Shown: positions 1 through 10,267, counted from the first letter of the stretch. The stretch: 61,706 nt of DNA from a virus (IMGVR_UViG_3300025141_013347:1-61706), one strand, 5' to 3'. Notes: generated from the letters alone by a model not told the origin. Numbers and translations: made by a program.

Positions 1-98
1 AGGCGTCTGACCTAATCAATGCCGGTGTGAATATTGACGAATGGGAAGTTTCAGTAAATACCGGCGTGGGTACGCTTACTTTAGGGTAACAATTCCTA

Positions 99-174
99 GG
101 GCGATTAGCTCAGTTGGAAGAGCACCTCGTTTACACCGAGGACGTCGGCGGTTCGAGCCCGTCATCGCCCACCA
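99..174 (+). tRNA. tRNA-Val (TAC)
   Basis: Cloverleaf GGGCGAT/ATCGCCC, anticodon arm CCTCG-TTTACAC-CGAGG, GGTTCGA T-loop, encoded CCA. Confidence 0.95.
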
Positions 175-178
175 CTTA

Positions 179-255
179 CGGGATGCGGTGAAATCTGACA
201 GCGCATGCGCTTTAGGGACAGAATGCCCCGGATTTAAATCACGTCATCCCAACCA
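179..255 (+). pseudogene. degenerate tRNA (tRNA-Pro-like)
   Basis: Acceptor-like CGGGATG...CATCCCA-ACCA at tRNA length, but D, anticodon and T arms pair poorly. Confidence 0.55.
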
Positions 256-490
256 TGACTATAAGGAGAAATAACATGAAAGATAATTTTACTGACCGCG
301 AAGCTGATAGGCTTTTTTTTGTTTTAGTCGGATCAGGCATCTGCGCATTATTGGCATGCCTTGTCATTCTATAATTGATATCATAAAAATGAAGTGTTGA
401 ACACCTTCTTTCGGTAGTGTATATTTTTTAAATGCGACATTATAAATGCATAGTGTTCTTATTTGAGGACGTCACGGAAGGCAAAAAGAA

Positions 491-1153
491 ATGATGTTGA
501 TAGGGGCGTCTATAGGCATTTTAATTGCCGGCGCATTGAGTTCTATTATTGGGCTGGAACGTGAAATTCATGGCCAGCCCGCAGGTCTTCGAACGCACAT
601 GATATTGGGTGTTGGTGCATCTCTAGCCGCCATACTTTCAATAGCATATTCTCAACTTTTATCAAGCCCAGCATTTCCTTCTGATCCAGGAAGGATTGTG
701 GCTCAGGTTGTAAGCGGCGTGGGCTTTTTAGGTGCCGGTGCTATATTGAGATTTGGGGTGACAATCAAAGGCTTAACCACCGCTAGCTCGTTATGGACAA
801 CGGCAATCATAGGAATCGCATGTGGCAGTGGATTTTACGGAATTGCCGTAGCTACTACTGCGCTAGTGTTGGTTATTCTTACTATCATCACAAAGGTCGA
901 GCATCGTCTTTTGACTACGTACAAAACTCGTACTCTTAAGGTAACGGTGGAGGACCGGCCGGGTATTGTTAATGAAGTACGTTCGATATTGGAAGAGCAA
1001 AAAGTAAAGATTGTTTCATTAAATGCCAGTATGCCCAATAAGACAATATTAAAGTTGGGACTAATCATTCGTACACCTTCTGATTTGCGTATGGACACTC
1101 TTATAGGGTGTATTAATCGCCTAGACGCAGCTCAGTCTATGGAGGTGGAGTGA
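491..1153 (+). CDS. mgtC: MgtC/SapB family membrane protein with C-terminal ACT-like domain
   Basis: IGLERE...AGLRTH, DPGRIVAQVVSGVGFLGAG, GLTTASSLW motifs. Confidence 0.9.
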   Translation: MMLIGASIGILIAGALSSIIGLEREIHGQPAGLRTHMILGVGASLAAILSIAYSQLLSSPAFPSDPGRIVAQVVSGVGFLGAGAILRFGVTIKGLTTASSLWTTAIIGIACGSGFYGIAVATTALVLVILTIITKVEHRLLTTYKTRTLKVTVEDRPGIVNEVRSILEEQKVKIVSLNASMPNKTILKLGLIIRTPSDLRMDTLIGCINRLDAAQSMEVE

Positions 1154-1182
1154 TGACTAAGCTTGACTCTTTGAACAAAAAA

Positions 1183-1267
1183 GCGCGAGTGGCGGAATTG
1201 GTAGACGCGCAGGATTTAGGTTCCTGTGTCTTACGGCGTGTGGGTTCGAGTCCCACCTTGCGCACCA
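1183..1267 (+). tRNA. tRNA-Leu (TAG)
   Basis: Cloverleaf with long variable arm, anticodon arm CAGGA-TTTAGGT-TCCTG, CCA end. Confidence 0.95.
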
Positions 1268-1294
1268 ATAGTTGCATGATACGGGGACATTCTT

Positions 1295-1648
1295 GTGGGT
1301 GAAATAAATGCCGACCTCAAAGAAAATACTATTGCAATTGATTTTGATGGTGTAGTTCATAAATACTCACAAGGATATCAGGGGTTCTATAATGCATATG
1401 ATCCCCCCACAGAAGGCACTAGAGAGGCGCTGGAGGCTCTTAAGAGTAAGGGTTATAGGTTAATCATAATATCCAGTAGGGACGTAGGGACCATACGAAA
1501 ATGGCTAGCTGGCCACGATATGGAGCATTATTTCGATGACGTTACTAATATCAAGCATCCCGCGAAATATTATATTGATGATCACGCAATTCGTTTTCCT
1601 AAGGACGAAGATAATCCACGGGAAAAGGTACTAAAAATTATTGACTAG
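1295..1648 (+). CDS. HAD-superfamily hydrolase (small, phage type)
   Basis: IAIDFDGV motif I, SSR motif II, K..A..YIDD motif III/IV. Confidence 0.8.
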   Translation: MGEINADLKENTIAIDFDGVVHKYSQGYQGFYNAYDPPTEGTREALEALKSKGYRLIIISSRDVGTIRKWLAGHDMEHYFDDVTNIKHPAKYYIDDHAIRFPKDEDNPREKVLKIID

Positions 1649-1655
1649 TATATAT

Positions 1656-1731
1656 GCCATTGTAGCTCAGTTGGTAGAGCAGCTGATTTGTAATCAGCCG
1701 GTCGGAGGTTCAAGTCCTCTCAATGGCTCCA
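1656..1731 (+). tRNA. tRNA-Thr (TGT)
   Basis: GCCATTG/CAATGGC acceptor, CTGA-TTTGTAA-TCAG anticodon arm, CCA. Confidence 0.95.
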
Positions 1732-1740
1732 AATAATTAT

Positions 1741-1817
<77 letters not shown>

Positions 1818-1831
1818 TATAGGAGATAACA

Positions 1832-2158
1832 TTGAATAATCATCAAGATATTTTGGTTTTCATGAGAATGATAGAGAAGGGAATCATTCCCTTTGATAAT
1901 CTAGATTCGCGTATTTCTATTGATCACGCAATGCTTACTATGACGCCAAAAGAGCGTAGGCGATGCAAAAGAAAGTTTAGAAAGCTTTGGCGACAAGCCT
2001 TAAAGTCTTCCGCATCCACCCCCGCGGAACTTTTTAGTCTAAAAAAGTCATGTGGTTCTGGTATGGGCCCTGTCGACGTGCAACACCACCACCGTGTTAG
2101 TCGTGCGATTATGGTATACCGCTTGTTGCTTTCACAAGTTTTGATAGAGAAAGATTGA
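1832..2158 (+). CDS. hypothetical protein
   Basis: ORF with AGGAGA SD; basic KRKFRKLWR segment. Confidence 0.65.
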   Translation: MNNHQDILVFMRMIEKGIIPFDNLDSRISIDHAMLTMTPKERRRCKRKFRKLWRQALKSSASTPAELFSLKKSCGSGMGPVDVQHHHRVSRAIMVYRLLLSQVLIEKD

Positions 2159-2239
2159 CACTTTCTTTATTATTTTCATTAACGTCTAGTACTAGCTGGT
2201 TTAGATTTATATTTATTCCATTATAATGGGAGGATCTCA

Positions 2240-2578
2240 ATGTCTAGACGTTTGTTGAGTGAACAGGAAGAATCAAGTAAAGAAATTATTAATGTGGCTA
2301 TTGTTAAATCAATAGCGCAGTCTCCTCTGACATTAGATGAGCTTAAAAATATCGAACATGTTGACATCGCAACGCTGATCGTTGAGCATGAGCTTTCATA
2401 TCCTGAAGCTGACAGGGTGGTTAATTGGGTTAAGAATGAGGTCTATCGTCATAATGCCCAAGATGTAAGCTATGGTGGGTCCGGTGATACAGACCTTGTC
2501 ACGGAGTCTACAACCCGACCCCGCACCCTGAGAGGAATTATTCAGGAAGAGATTGACAACATTTTTAAGAAACGATAG
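2240..2578 (+). CDS. hypothetical protein with C-terminal LRxIIxEE motif
   Basis: GGAGG SD; ends TLRGIIQEEI. Confidence 0.7.
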   Translation: MSRRLLSEQEESSKEIINVAIVKSIAQSPLTLDELKNIEHVDIATLIVEHELSYPEADRVVNWVKNEVYRHNAQDVSYGGSGDTDLVTESTTRPRTLRGIIQEEIDNIFKKR

Positions 2579-2579
2579 C

Positions 2580-2783
2580 ATGAAACTTAGGCTTTCACAA
2601 CTAAGGTATATCATAAGCGAGGCTGTTGCCAGCGTGGAACCACGTGATGAAGATGATCCCATCCCACGTGGTTATTCACATGGTGATGGGGAGACGCTCA
2701 TGCTTGATAAAGAGGGCATGGAGAAGTCAGACCGTGAGAACGTAAAAAGATACCTCACGGCGATGGGTATAATGAGGGCATGA
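2580..2783 (+). CDS. MKITKRQLRRII-tag family protein
   Basis: Starts MKLRLSQLRYIISEA. Confidence 0.7.
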   Translation: MKLRLSQLRYIISEAVASVEPRDEDDPIPRGYSHGDGETLMLDKEGMEKSDRENVKRYLTAMGIMRA

Positions 2784-2825
2784 GCAATAAATATTTATTG
2801 TGGATATTGAATAGGGAAATATAAT

Positions 2826-3266
2826 ATGAGTTTAAAGAATGCAAAAGCCGGCGCAATGTCAGTCGGACATTATCAAATATCTTCGATACCATGGGTGACT
2901 TCATCCATCCTAGGGGCTAACCAGCCACATGGAGTTCGACAATTTGATCTGCCTAGACTATCAAGGTTCTTATATATAAACCTTACGAGTGCTGACAACC
3001 AGCAAACCGCCCCCCATGATGCTCGTCTTGCTATAAGTTTTACCTCAGGTGGGATGGATCCCACACATAATCGCCAGTTTCCTCACTTTTTTGAACTAAC
3101 CCCCAGTCAGCAGGTCACACTGGACGTGAGGGTGGATCGCTTTTACCTCTCCGCGTCGAAGGGATCCCCAGAATTCAGTGTTGTGGCCGGTTTAACGATG
3201 ATTGATACGGACATGCAGCCACAGCTAACTGGATCCCTGCGGGGAGCCTATAGCGGGGTGGGATAG
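2826..3266 (+). CDS. hypothetical protein (possible virion protein)
   Basis: ORF with SD; contains LTGS/SAS motifs. Confidence 0.65.
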   Translation: MSLKNAKAGAMSVGHYQISSIPWVTSSILGANQPHGVRQFDLPRLSRFLYINLTSADNQQTAPHDARLAISFTSGGMDPTHNRQFPHFFELTPSQQVTLDVRVDRFYLSASKGSPEFSVVAGLTMIDTDMQPQLTGSLRGAYSGVG

Positions 3267-3282
3267 CCACCCGCCATATACG

Positions 3283-3897
3283 ATGACATCAGCTGATGAA
3301 AAAAAGCATGGCTACTCATCCGACAAACATCAGTATCTAATTGATGAACTTAATTTTTTAAGATCGGAGTATGAACGTGCGAAAGCAGTCTTTCAGGTTG
3401 CACAACAAGAGTTCCAGCATGCGCTTCGTATAGCACAATCGAAAAATCGCTCACCTCAAGATCCCAAATCGGGTGCCTTTACCAATCCAAACCTGGATAT
3501 GAATGACAATTTGCTTGATGACCTACCTTCTGCACCTACAATAGATAATAAAAAAATTAAGGGAATGTTTAAGGAGATCGCCAAGGCAACCCACCCCGAC
3601 AAAGTGCTACCCCAGGGCAACACTGGCACTGATGAGCAGGTAGAGCGTACGCTCATGTTCCATGAGGCGAAGAAAGCATCGGAGTTGAACGATTGGTATA
3701 CGTTATTTTGCATTGCAGACAAGCTCGGGATGAACCTAGAAAAAAAAGGGCAAGAGTATCGTAATATACTCAAACTTACAATAAATAGTTTAAAGGATTC
3801 GCTAGGTGCACTTTCACGAGATCCAGCGTGGCTGTGGTATCATTCCTCGGATGTTATGAAGAAAAAAATTATTAATCAATTCATAAAAATAATGTAA
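3283..3897 (+). CDS. J-domain-containing protein (truncated J domain)
   Basis: FKEIAKATHPDK, the HPD tripeptide in J-domain helix context. Confidence 0.7.
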   Translation: MTSADEKKHGYSSDKHQYLIDELNFLRSEYERAKAVFQVAQQEFQHALRIAQSKNRSPQDPKSGAFTNPNLDMNDNLLDDLPSAPTIDNKKIKGMFKEIAKATHPDKVLPQGNTGTDEQVERTLMFHEAKKASELNDWYTLFCIADKLGMNLEKKGQEYRNILKLTINSLKDSLGALSRDPAWLWYHSSDVMKKKIINQFIKIM

Positions 3898-3921
3898 AAT
3901 AATTCATTGTAAGGATGAGCC

Positions 3922-5373
3922 ATGAAAAGAGAAACACTAATCGCGGAATCAGCGGGCTTTCCGGGAGTAAGGCTACTAGAAACAGGTGCAATTGCCGTGT
4001 ATACTGGGAAATGCACAGGCCGATCACCCAACGCCAAGTTTATTGTCGATGACAATATAACACACGAAGAAATAGATTGGGAGCAAAATTCAAGCTGTAC
4101 GCCCGGCGAGTGGGCTGAGCTTCTTAATAACGCACTGGATTTTGAGAAAGAAAATAAGACCTATGATCAGAACCTATATGCGGGACGAGATGAAACGTGC
4201 CAGGTGGGTGTTAATGTCAAGACGTCTACACCATGGCATGCTCTTTTTGCCAATAACATGTTTGTTAGAGAAAGGCAAGATCCGGTTGCGCCGAGTGTAT
4301 GCTGGACGTTGCGCGCATACCCTCAGTTGCAGGAAGAGCCAAGGGTCTTTATAAATTTCTCTTGCAAGAGTATTATAATTACAGGGACTCATTATGCTGG
4401 TGAGATTAAGAAAAGTATTTTTACTGTCTTAAATTTTGTCTTACCACCTATGGATATCTTACCTATGCATTGTTCTGTTAACGCAAAAAAAGATGGCACA
4501 AATGCTGCTGTATTTTTCGGCCTGTCTGGGACTGGAAAAACTACGTTATCCGCTGACAAGGCTAGGATGTTAGTCGGTGATGATGAGCATGGCTGGTCCT
4601 CAACTCGTCTTTTTAATTTCGAGGGGGGGTGCTATGCAAAAATGATAAACCTAAGTCCGACAGCCGAGCCTGAAATCTGGAATGCTGTACAGACGAGTGG
4701 CGCAACCCTGGAAAACGTTGTAATCGACAATGGGGGCATGCCCGACTTTAACGACGGAAAGTATACCGAAAATACTCGTGGCTCTTATCCTGTCCACCAT
4801 ATATCTAATGCTTCATCTACGGGAATCTGCGACCCACCGGAAAATGTCGTATTTTTGACATGTGATGCTTTTGGTGTTCTACCACCGGTCTCTAAACTGT
4901 CAGCACAAGAAGCCATAGATCATTTTTTAATGGGATATACTGCGAAGGTGGCGGGTACTGAAGAAGGCGTCACTGAACCTGTTGCCACCTTTTCCCATTG
5001 TTTTGGTGGCCCATTCATGCCCAGGAAACCTCAAGAATATGCCTTACTCTTACGCAGACGAATTGACGAGTGTGGTGCAACATGCTGGCTAGTTAATACC
5101 GGCTGGTCCGGAGGAAAACATGGTGTTGGTTCTAGAATGCCAATCCAAGTTTCTAGAAGTATTATTAATCTTATCTTGTCCGGTGAACTAAAGCAGTCAG
5201 AGTTTAGAACGCACACCTACACGGGCCTATCTATCCCTATCACCACTCCGGACCTAACTTTAAATTCATATGTTACACCGGAAGAAAACTGGGAATCGCT
5301 TAAGCAGTATAGGGAAGTGTGTGATAGTCTAATGTCTATGTGGGAAAAAGAACTAAAGAAGTATGACCACTAG
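3922..5373 (+). CDS. pckA: phosphoenolpyruvate carboxykinase (ATP)
   Basis: TGRSP, YAGEIKK, FFGLSGTGKTTLS, GDDEHGW, NFEGGCYAK, ENTR motifs. Confidence 0.95.
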   Translation: MKRETLIAESAGFPGVRLLETGAIAVYTGKCTGRSPNAKFIVDDNITHEEIDWEQNSSCTPGEWAELLNNALDFEKENKTYDQNLYAGRDETCQVGVNVKTSTPWHALFANNMFVRERQDPVAPSVCWTLRAYPQLQEEPRVFINFSCKSIIITGTHYAGEIKKSIFTVLNFVLPPMDILPMHCSVNAKKDGTNAAVFFGLSGTGKTTLSADKARMLVGDDEHGWSSTRLFNFEGGCYAKMINLSPTAEPEIWNAVQTSGATLENVVIDNGGMPDFNDGKYTENTRGSYPVHHISNASSTGICDPPENVVFLTCDAFGVLPPVSKLSAQEAIDHFLMGYTAKVAGTEEGVTEPVATFSHCFGGPFMPRKPQEYALLLRRRIDECGATCWLVNTGWSGGKHGVGSRMPIQVSRSIINLILSGELKQSEFRTHTYTGLSIPITTPDLTLNSYVTPEENWESLKQYREVCDSLMSMWEKELKKYDH

Positions 5374-5719
5374 TAATTGTGGAAAAACATTTGATCATTT
5401 TGCCATAAATGTTTCATTCATCAGAGCGTCAGTAGAGTGGTACAAACTTGAATGTTCTGCTGTTGTGCTTTACGAGGACGAAAGTTGGGCACTCTTGGAA
5501 GTGGGTGGTATAAAGCTAGCTTTGACACTAGGCAGTCAGCACCCACCCCACATAGCATTTAGGTGCAGGGATAGGCACGAATTGGAGCGTAAGGGACCTT
5601 CCATAGGTTGTCATCGAGACGGTACGGAGTTTTTATACACTTCGGATTTAGATGGTAATTTTATTGAATGGATATATTATCCCCAAAACCGTGAGGGAAA
5701 GAATGATAATAAAGAGTGA
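5363..5719 (+). CDS. VOC/glyoxalase family protein
   Basis: DHFAIN, HIAF, D.DGNFIE pattern. Confidence 0.75.
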   Translation: MTTSNCGKTFDHFAINVSFIRASVEWYKLECSAVVLYEDESWALLEVGGIKLALTLGSQHPPHIAFRCRDRHELERKGPSIGCHRDGTEFLYTSDLDGNFIEWIYYPQNREGKNDNKE

Positions 5720-6383
5720 GAAACTATTAAGCGAAGATGAGTTAGTTATTGAAGATAACGAGGCGCAGAAGTTTGGGGTAATCTTGGCAGATCCTCCCTG
5801 GCGCTTTAATGACAATCTCAAGTATGAGAAGAGAGACAAGACCGTGAGGGGAGTTAATTATATGTACCCCACACTAGATCTCTCAGCAATCGCCCGCTTG
5901 CCGATCAGCGACTTGACTGCAGAAAATGCGTTATGTGCGCTTTGGGTACCTTCAGCATTCTTAAAGGCTGGAATGGATATATTAGAGGCGTGGGGATTTC
6001 AGTATAGACAATTGTGGATATGGGGGAAAACATCTAAAAGGGATCCTCTTAATTTAGCGTTTGGGATGGGACGCCTTGCCCGAAACTGTCATGAACCGTG
6101 TCTTGTCGGCATAAAGGGAAAGTATACTAAATACTTAAAGAACCATTCACAACGAAATCTTTTTATGCATCCTACCATGAAACATTCACAAAAGCCAGAA
6201 TCTATTCAGGATAGTCTGGATCTGATGTTTCCGGAATGGGACAAGCTCGAGCTATTTGCTCGTCGTGACCGTAAGGGGTGGACATGCATCGGGAATGAGG
6301 CACCGTTAACGGCAGGTGAAGATATCAGAGACTCAATTAGTGATCTAGTAGGATATGATGTAATGAACACGCCGAAGGGATAG
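5703..6383 (+). CDS. MT-A70 family N6-adenine methyltransferase
   Basis: VILADPPW, HSQKP, LELFAR, GW..IGNE motifs. Confidence 0.9.
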   Translation: MIIKSEKLLSEDELVIEDNEAQKFGVILADPPWRFNDNLKYEKRDKTVRGVNYMYPTLDLSAIARLPISDLTAENALCALWVPSAFLKAGMDILEAWGFQYRQLWIWGKTSKRDPLNLAFGMGRLARNCHEPCLVGIKGKYTKYLKNHSQRNLFMHPTMKHSQKPESIQDSLDLMFPEWDKLELFARRDRKGWTCIGNEAPLTAGEDIRDSISDLVGYDVMNTPKG

Positions 6384-6389
6384 TAGCGT

Positions 6390-7412
6390 ATGAAAGATCT
6401 TTATTCTATATTGGGCCTGCAAAAATCAGCTTCACAATCTGAGATTAAAAAAGCTTATCGAGGTCTGGCTAAGAAATACCATCCTGACAAAAACATAGGT
6501 GATGAGGCAGCCGAGGAAAAGTTTAAAGAGATTTCACAGGCGTATGAGATCTTAAGCGATCCTGAGAAAAGGGAGCAGTATGATAACCCTGCTTCTGGGC
6601 GTGATCCCTTTGGCGGTTTCGGGGATATGTTTTCTAGCTTTGAGGATATATTCGGTAGCTTTTTTGGTGGTTCAAATGCTTCACAGGCCCAGCAGAGAGA
6701 TCCCAGGCTTGACGTTGATGTTGAGGCTTCACTATCTTTTGAAGAAGCGGCCCTAGGGTGTGAAAAAGAAATACGGTTTAATATAAGGGAGGCATGTGTT
6801 GAGTGCACAGGTACCGGGTGTCGTCCGGGTACAACACCCCTAGTATGCAAAACCTGTTCGGGTGCGGGCAGGACCAGCGTTAAGCAAGGCTTTATGGTTG
6901 TTACTCTGCCGTGTAATGCCTGTAACGGTCATGGCAAGGTCATTGCCACCCCCTGCGGTTCTTGTAAGGGCCAGGCAGTCGTGAGTAGTCCTAGGAACTT
7001 GCGTGTCAATATACCGGCCGGCGTGGAGTCGTCTAATATTATTTCTTATGATGGTGAAGGTCATGAGGAGGGGGGCATGATGATGTCTCGTGGGAGTCTT
7101 AACGTACACATTCGCGTAGCCCCCTCGAAATCATTTCGTAGGAATGGGATGAATATAATCTCAATCCAAACCCTTGACTATCCCACAATGGCCCTAGGGG
7201 GCCTAACAGATATTCAGACGGTCCACGGAACAGTTTCAGTAAGGGTTCCTCCAGGATCACAGGTTGGATCATACCTCAAGCTTCATGGGAAAGGGATAAA
7301 GAAGACGGGTGACGTTCCAGGCGATCACTTGGTACAACTGACCGTTAATATTCCTCCAGACCTTACGCCCAAGGCTAAGGAACTTTTGGAAGAATTAAGA
7401 AAAAATTTATGA
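6390..7412 (+). CDS. dnaJ: molecular chaperone DnaJ
   Basis: J domain (YHPDKN), G/F region, four CxxCxGxG-type repeats, C-terminal domain. Confidence 0.95.
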   Translation: MKDLYSILGLQKSASQSEIKKAYRGLAKKYHPDKNIGDEAAEEKFKEISQAYEILSDPEKREQYDNPASGRDPFGGFGDMFSSFEDIFGSFFGGSNASQAQQRDPRLDVDVEASLSFEEAALGCEKEIRFNIREACVECTGTGCRPGTTPLVCKTCSGAGRTSVKQGFMVVTLPCNACNGHGKVIATPCGSCKGQAVVSSPRNLRVNIPAGVESSNIISYDGEGHEEGGMMMSRGSLNVHIRVAPSKSFRRNGMNIISIQTLDYPTMALGGLTDIQTVHGTVSVRVPPGSQVGSYLKLHGKGIKKTGDVPGDHLVQLTVNIPPDLTPKAKELLEELRKNL

Positions 7413-7461
7413 ACACTTCAACGTTAGTTGATACTCTTAATTAAGAAAAGATAGGTAAACG

Positions 7462-7662
7462 ATGTCACTAAATAATGAGCTAAAAAGTTTAAGAGAAGAA
7501 AACCAAGATCTTCGTGAGAAACTTGAGACAGCACATAGAGAGTTAGCAGACTCCGTAAGGGCTGAAATCGAACTCAAGTTTAAAGTTCAAGAGCTCTTTG
7601 AAATAGTAGACGAATTAAGAACCAAGAGTACAACAAAGGAGAGTAAGGAAGTTGGGTCGTAG
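7462..7662 (+). CDS. hypothetical coiled-coil protein
   Basis: ORF with SD, heptad pattern. Confidence 0.6.
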   Translation: MSLNNELKSLREENQDLREKLETAHRELADSVRAEIELKFKVQELFEIVDELRTKSTTKESKEVGS

Positions 7663-7754
7663 CACAGGTACTAAGAAAGCACTTCAAAAGAAAAAGAAGA
7701 CGTCAATTGGTAGAGGAAAATTTACGAAATATCATAGCAAAGGAGGGGGTCCTA

Positions 7755-8033
7755 ATGGCTCCACAAAAAGTAAAAACTACAAAAAAAGATCTCGAGGCCA
7801 AGGAAAAAAACGATAACTCCGTATCGCCTTTATACGGTCTGCCATGGTCAACCGTAGCAGAGTTTAAGCTTTACGAAGAGGCATCCCATAAAAAAGAGGA
7901 ATTACTGAGGGATAATATTGATGGGTGCGCAAAGATCCGGAGGACTTCCAAAGATACCTTTGTTGTAAAATTCCGAAGTTTACAGCCCCCTCAAAAAAGT
8001 AAGAACAAGAAAAGAAAATCTAAAAAGTCGTAG
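7755..8033 (+). CDS. hypothetical basic protein
   Basis: AGGAGG SD before ATG 7755. Confidence 0.65.
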   Translation: MAPQKVKTTKKDLEAKEKNDNSVSPLYGLPWSTVAEFKLYEEASHKKEELLRDNIDGCAKIRRTSKDTFVVKFRSLQPPQKSKNKKRKSKKS

Positions 8034-8041
8034 GCTTAATC

Positions 8042-8070
8042 GTGCAATTTCTCTGAATATATGGTATAAT
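8042..8070 (+). promoter_or_regulatory. GTGCAA-N17-TATAAT promoter (family member)
   Basis: Same architecture recurs more than 10 times upstream of genes. Confidence 0.75.
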
Positions 8071-8094
8071 GTATATGTAATCAGGGAGGCAACA

Positions 8095-8862
8095 GTGGCC
8101 AGGAAATCTATCCAACTTCGACTTTCACAAACACGTGACCTTATTGCTGCCTATGAGGCAGCTGGTCTTGGAGATGACAAGGCATGCCAGTTTGCCAAAG
8201 ACATGGAATATCGTCTGGCACAAAATAAAGGCCTTACCTCCAAGCGCCGCCAGTGGCTGGATTCTCTTATTGAAGATGGTGTACCTCCGGCCCAAAACGA
8301 AGCCCGCGTTAATAAGATTATCGCAGCTGCTAACCTTCGTGGCATGGAGCAAAAGCATCGATTTCTTATGTCCTTCGCTGTTCAACTACGAAAGGGATGG
8401 GCTCTTAGCGAGAAACAAGAACAATGGCTAGGGGAGATGATGGCTCAAGCGGACAAGATCCAACAAGAAGGATTATGGTCACCTGATGAAGAGCTAGCTG
8501 AAAAGATGAGAATTGCCGTTGACATAGGGTCAAGCAAGAATGGGTGGTATTGGCAGCATCGCCCTGGTACAGCCAAGGCCCACGATAAAGTTTTGCAGTG
8601 GTTGGCCGATCCCGAAAATGTAGTTGTTGAAGAGTGGGCATGCAATAAGCTGTTGTCGGCGCATAAAAAGACATTCTCAGAGCTTGAAAATCCCAGGCAC
8701 CAAGTGGGGGCAATGTGTTATTATGAGGGCAACGTGGGAATTATAACCGGCGCGCCTTATGTCACAAAGCGAGGCAAATTAGTCTACCCTGTTCTGGTAG
8801 CCGGTAATGACGTAGAAGTCGAATCGTCCAATATTACTAAACGAAAGGGAAAAAGAAAGTAG
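8095..8862 (+). CDS. hypothetical protein with LT/S.K..WL repeats and a C-terminal SH3-like segment
   Basis: 255 aa ORF after promoter and GGAGG SD. Confidence 0.75.
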   Translation: MARKSIQLRLSQTRDLIAAYEAAGLGDDKACQFAKDMEYRLAQNKGLTSKRRQWLDSLIEDGVPPAQNEARVNKIIAAANLRGMEQKHRFLMSFAVQLRKGWALSEKQEQWLGEMMAQADKIQQEGLWSPDEELAEKMRIAVDIGSSKNGWYWQHRPGTAKAHDKVLQWLADPENVVVEEWACNKLLSAHKKTFSELENPRHQVGAMCYYEGNVGIITGAPYVTKRGKLVYPVLVAGNDVEVESSNITKRKGKRK

Positions 8863-8901
8863 TCACGGATTAACTTTACGGATCACGTCTATTATTATGG
8901 A

Positions 8902-9477
8902 ATGATGGACGGAAACAAGCGCGTGGAGATGGTTCGTGAACTTTTTCGTATGACCTATATCTGTCAGTACACTGATAAAGAGATATTTTGCTTAGGCCTA
9001 CGAACACGGGATGATGTCTCTCTTTTTATACGCGAATACTTTTTCGACAATGCATCAGAGCTTGGTACAAGAAGAGGGGTTTTCACCAAGAGGGTTAACC
9101 TTGTTTGGTCAAGAGTTGAACAACCCTTTAAAAGGGTCGAGAATGAGGGGGGTGTAGGTGTATACTTAGTTGAGCGTCGCTTTATTCGTCGCCCTATAAC
9201 GTATATTTTTGCACGTTCTTATGATGAGGCAGATCATCTCATGAAGCTGTTTTTTTCTTGCCTCTTTCCAGACCATGTCTGGATCCGCACACGCTTTATC
9301 TGTTTTGGTCAACCACATGATGTCTTGCAGTATAACGCAAAGGTATTATTAGGGCTGGAAGAAGAAATTAACGCAGTCGCCAAAAGAGCTGATAACCTAG
9401 AAAAAGAACTACAGCTTAAGAAGACCCTAAGAGAGGTGATAGTTAATACCCAAGATCATATTCTAGAAAACAATTAG
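8902..9477 (+). CDS. hypothetical protein, paralog of 51273-51950
   Basis: Shared T.R.N..W.R, G..G.Y, Y.FA.S.DEA...M..FF and YN motifs. Confidence 0.7.
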   Translation: MMDGNKRVEMVRELFRMTYICQYTDKEIFCLGLRTRDDVSLFIREYFFDNASELGTRRGVFTKRVNLVWSRVEQPFKRVENEGGVGVYLVERRFIRRPITYIFARSYDEADHLMKLFFSCLFPDHVWIRTRFICFGQPHDVLQYNAKVLLGLEEEINAVAKRADNLEKELQLKKTLREVIVNTQDHILENN

Positions 9478-9558
9478 CCGTCGGTGGGTTCTTAATTTAA
9501 CTTTTCTGATATTACGCTATACTTAATGTTCTCAATGCTAAAAAGGTGACATAACAAA

Positions 9559-9954
9559 ATGAGTAAATTTGTGAAGGATAATTTCGCGTGGTTCTTGGTC
9601 ATGGCCGTCTTTGTATTCGTCGGTATTTTAATTCAGTGTGTAGCGAGTGGGTATGAGCCCGAGCCGGCAAGTGGTGAGATATACGATGCCCCCTCTTCCC
9701 CTACAAAAAAGTCACTGTACAAAGAAATTGATGAACACCCTGAGAATGAGTTGATCAGGGAGATTCCCCAGGTGGATGATATCCCGCTTTTGGAGAGTGA
9801 TATTCAACCTACTGATGGACCAGTCTCGCTTTATAATATGGATCCAATGACACTTGGCGGGACGCCCACCCCTCGATTTATGCGAGCGGCTATTCTTCGC
9901 CATTCACCTCGTTGTGATGCACCAACGGTTCGCATGCAGACCAGCAATTTTTAA
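9559..9954 (+). CDS. hypothetical membrane-anchored protein
   Basis: N-terminal hydrophobic helix. Confidence 0.6.
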   Translation: MSKFVKDNFAWFLVMAVFVFVGILIQCVASGYEPEPASGEIYDAPSSPTKKSLYKEIDEHPENELIREIPQVDDIPLLESDIQPTDGPVSLYNMDPMTLGGTPTPRFMRAAILRHSPRCDAPTVRMQTSNF

Positions 9955-9985
9955 ACTTATAGCTCCACGCCAGTATATTTGGAAT

Positions 9986-10267
9986 ATGAAAGACCTGGTG
10001 GAAAAGTTTTTAGCAAGAGTGCCTGTTGGATCGGTAGTAAAAATTTCCCAAGAATGCAAGAGGCAGGTTGGCGATGCTGTGGATTCCGCCCGCGTAAAGT
10101 TCTTAAAAGCAAAACTTGACGAGTCCAGCCAGGAAATTATTTTTCTAAAAGACGAGAATAAAAGGCTTAAAAGGGCTCTATCTAATATCACTTCGTATGT
10201 GTACAAAGAGAGTGCACATGTACAGAAGTATGTCAAAAATTTAAAAAAGGAAAAGGTAAGTGAGTAA
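9986..10267 (+). CDS. hypothetical coiled-coil protein
   Basis: ORF overlapping the next start. Confidence 0.6.
   Translation: MKDLVEKFLARVPVGSVVKISQECKRQVGDAVDSARVKFLKAKLDESSQEIIFLKDENKRLKRALSNITSYVYKESAHVQKYVKNLKKEKVSE

Noticed and set aside
1-98. Possible hairpin GCCGGTGT...ATACCGGC at the window start
   Set aside because: Truncated by the window edge; one helix is not enough to call an RNA.
41-274. 77-aa ORF from the track
   Set aside because: Overlaps tRNA-Val and the degenerate tRNA; spurious. The same applies to 1157-1360, 36729-36977 and 38083-38343.
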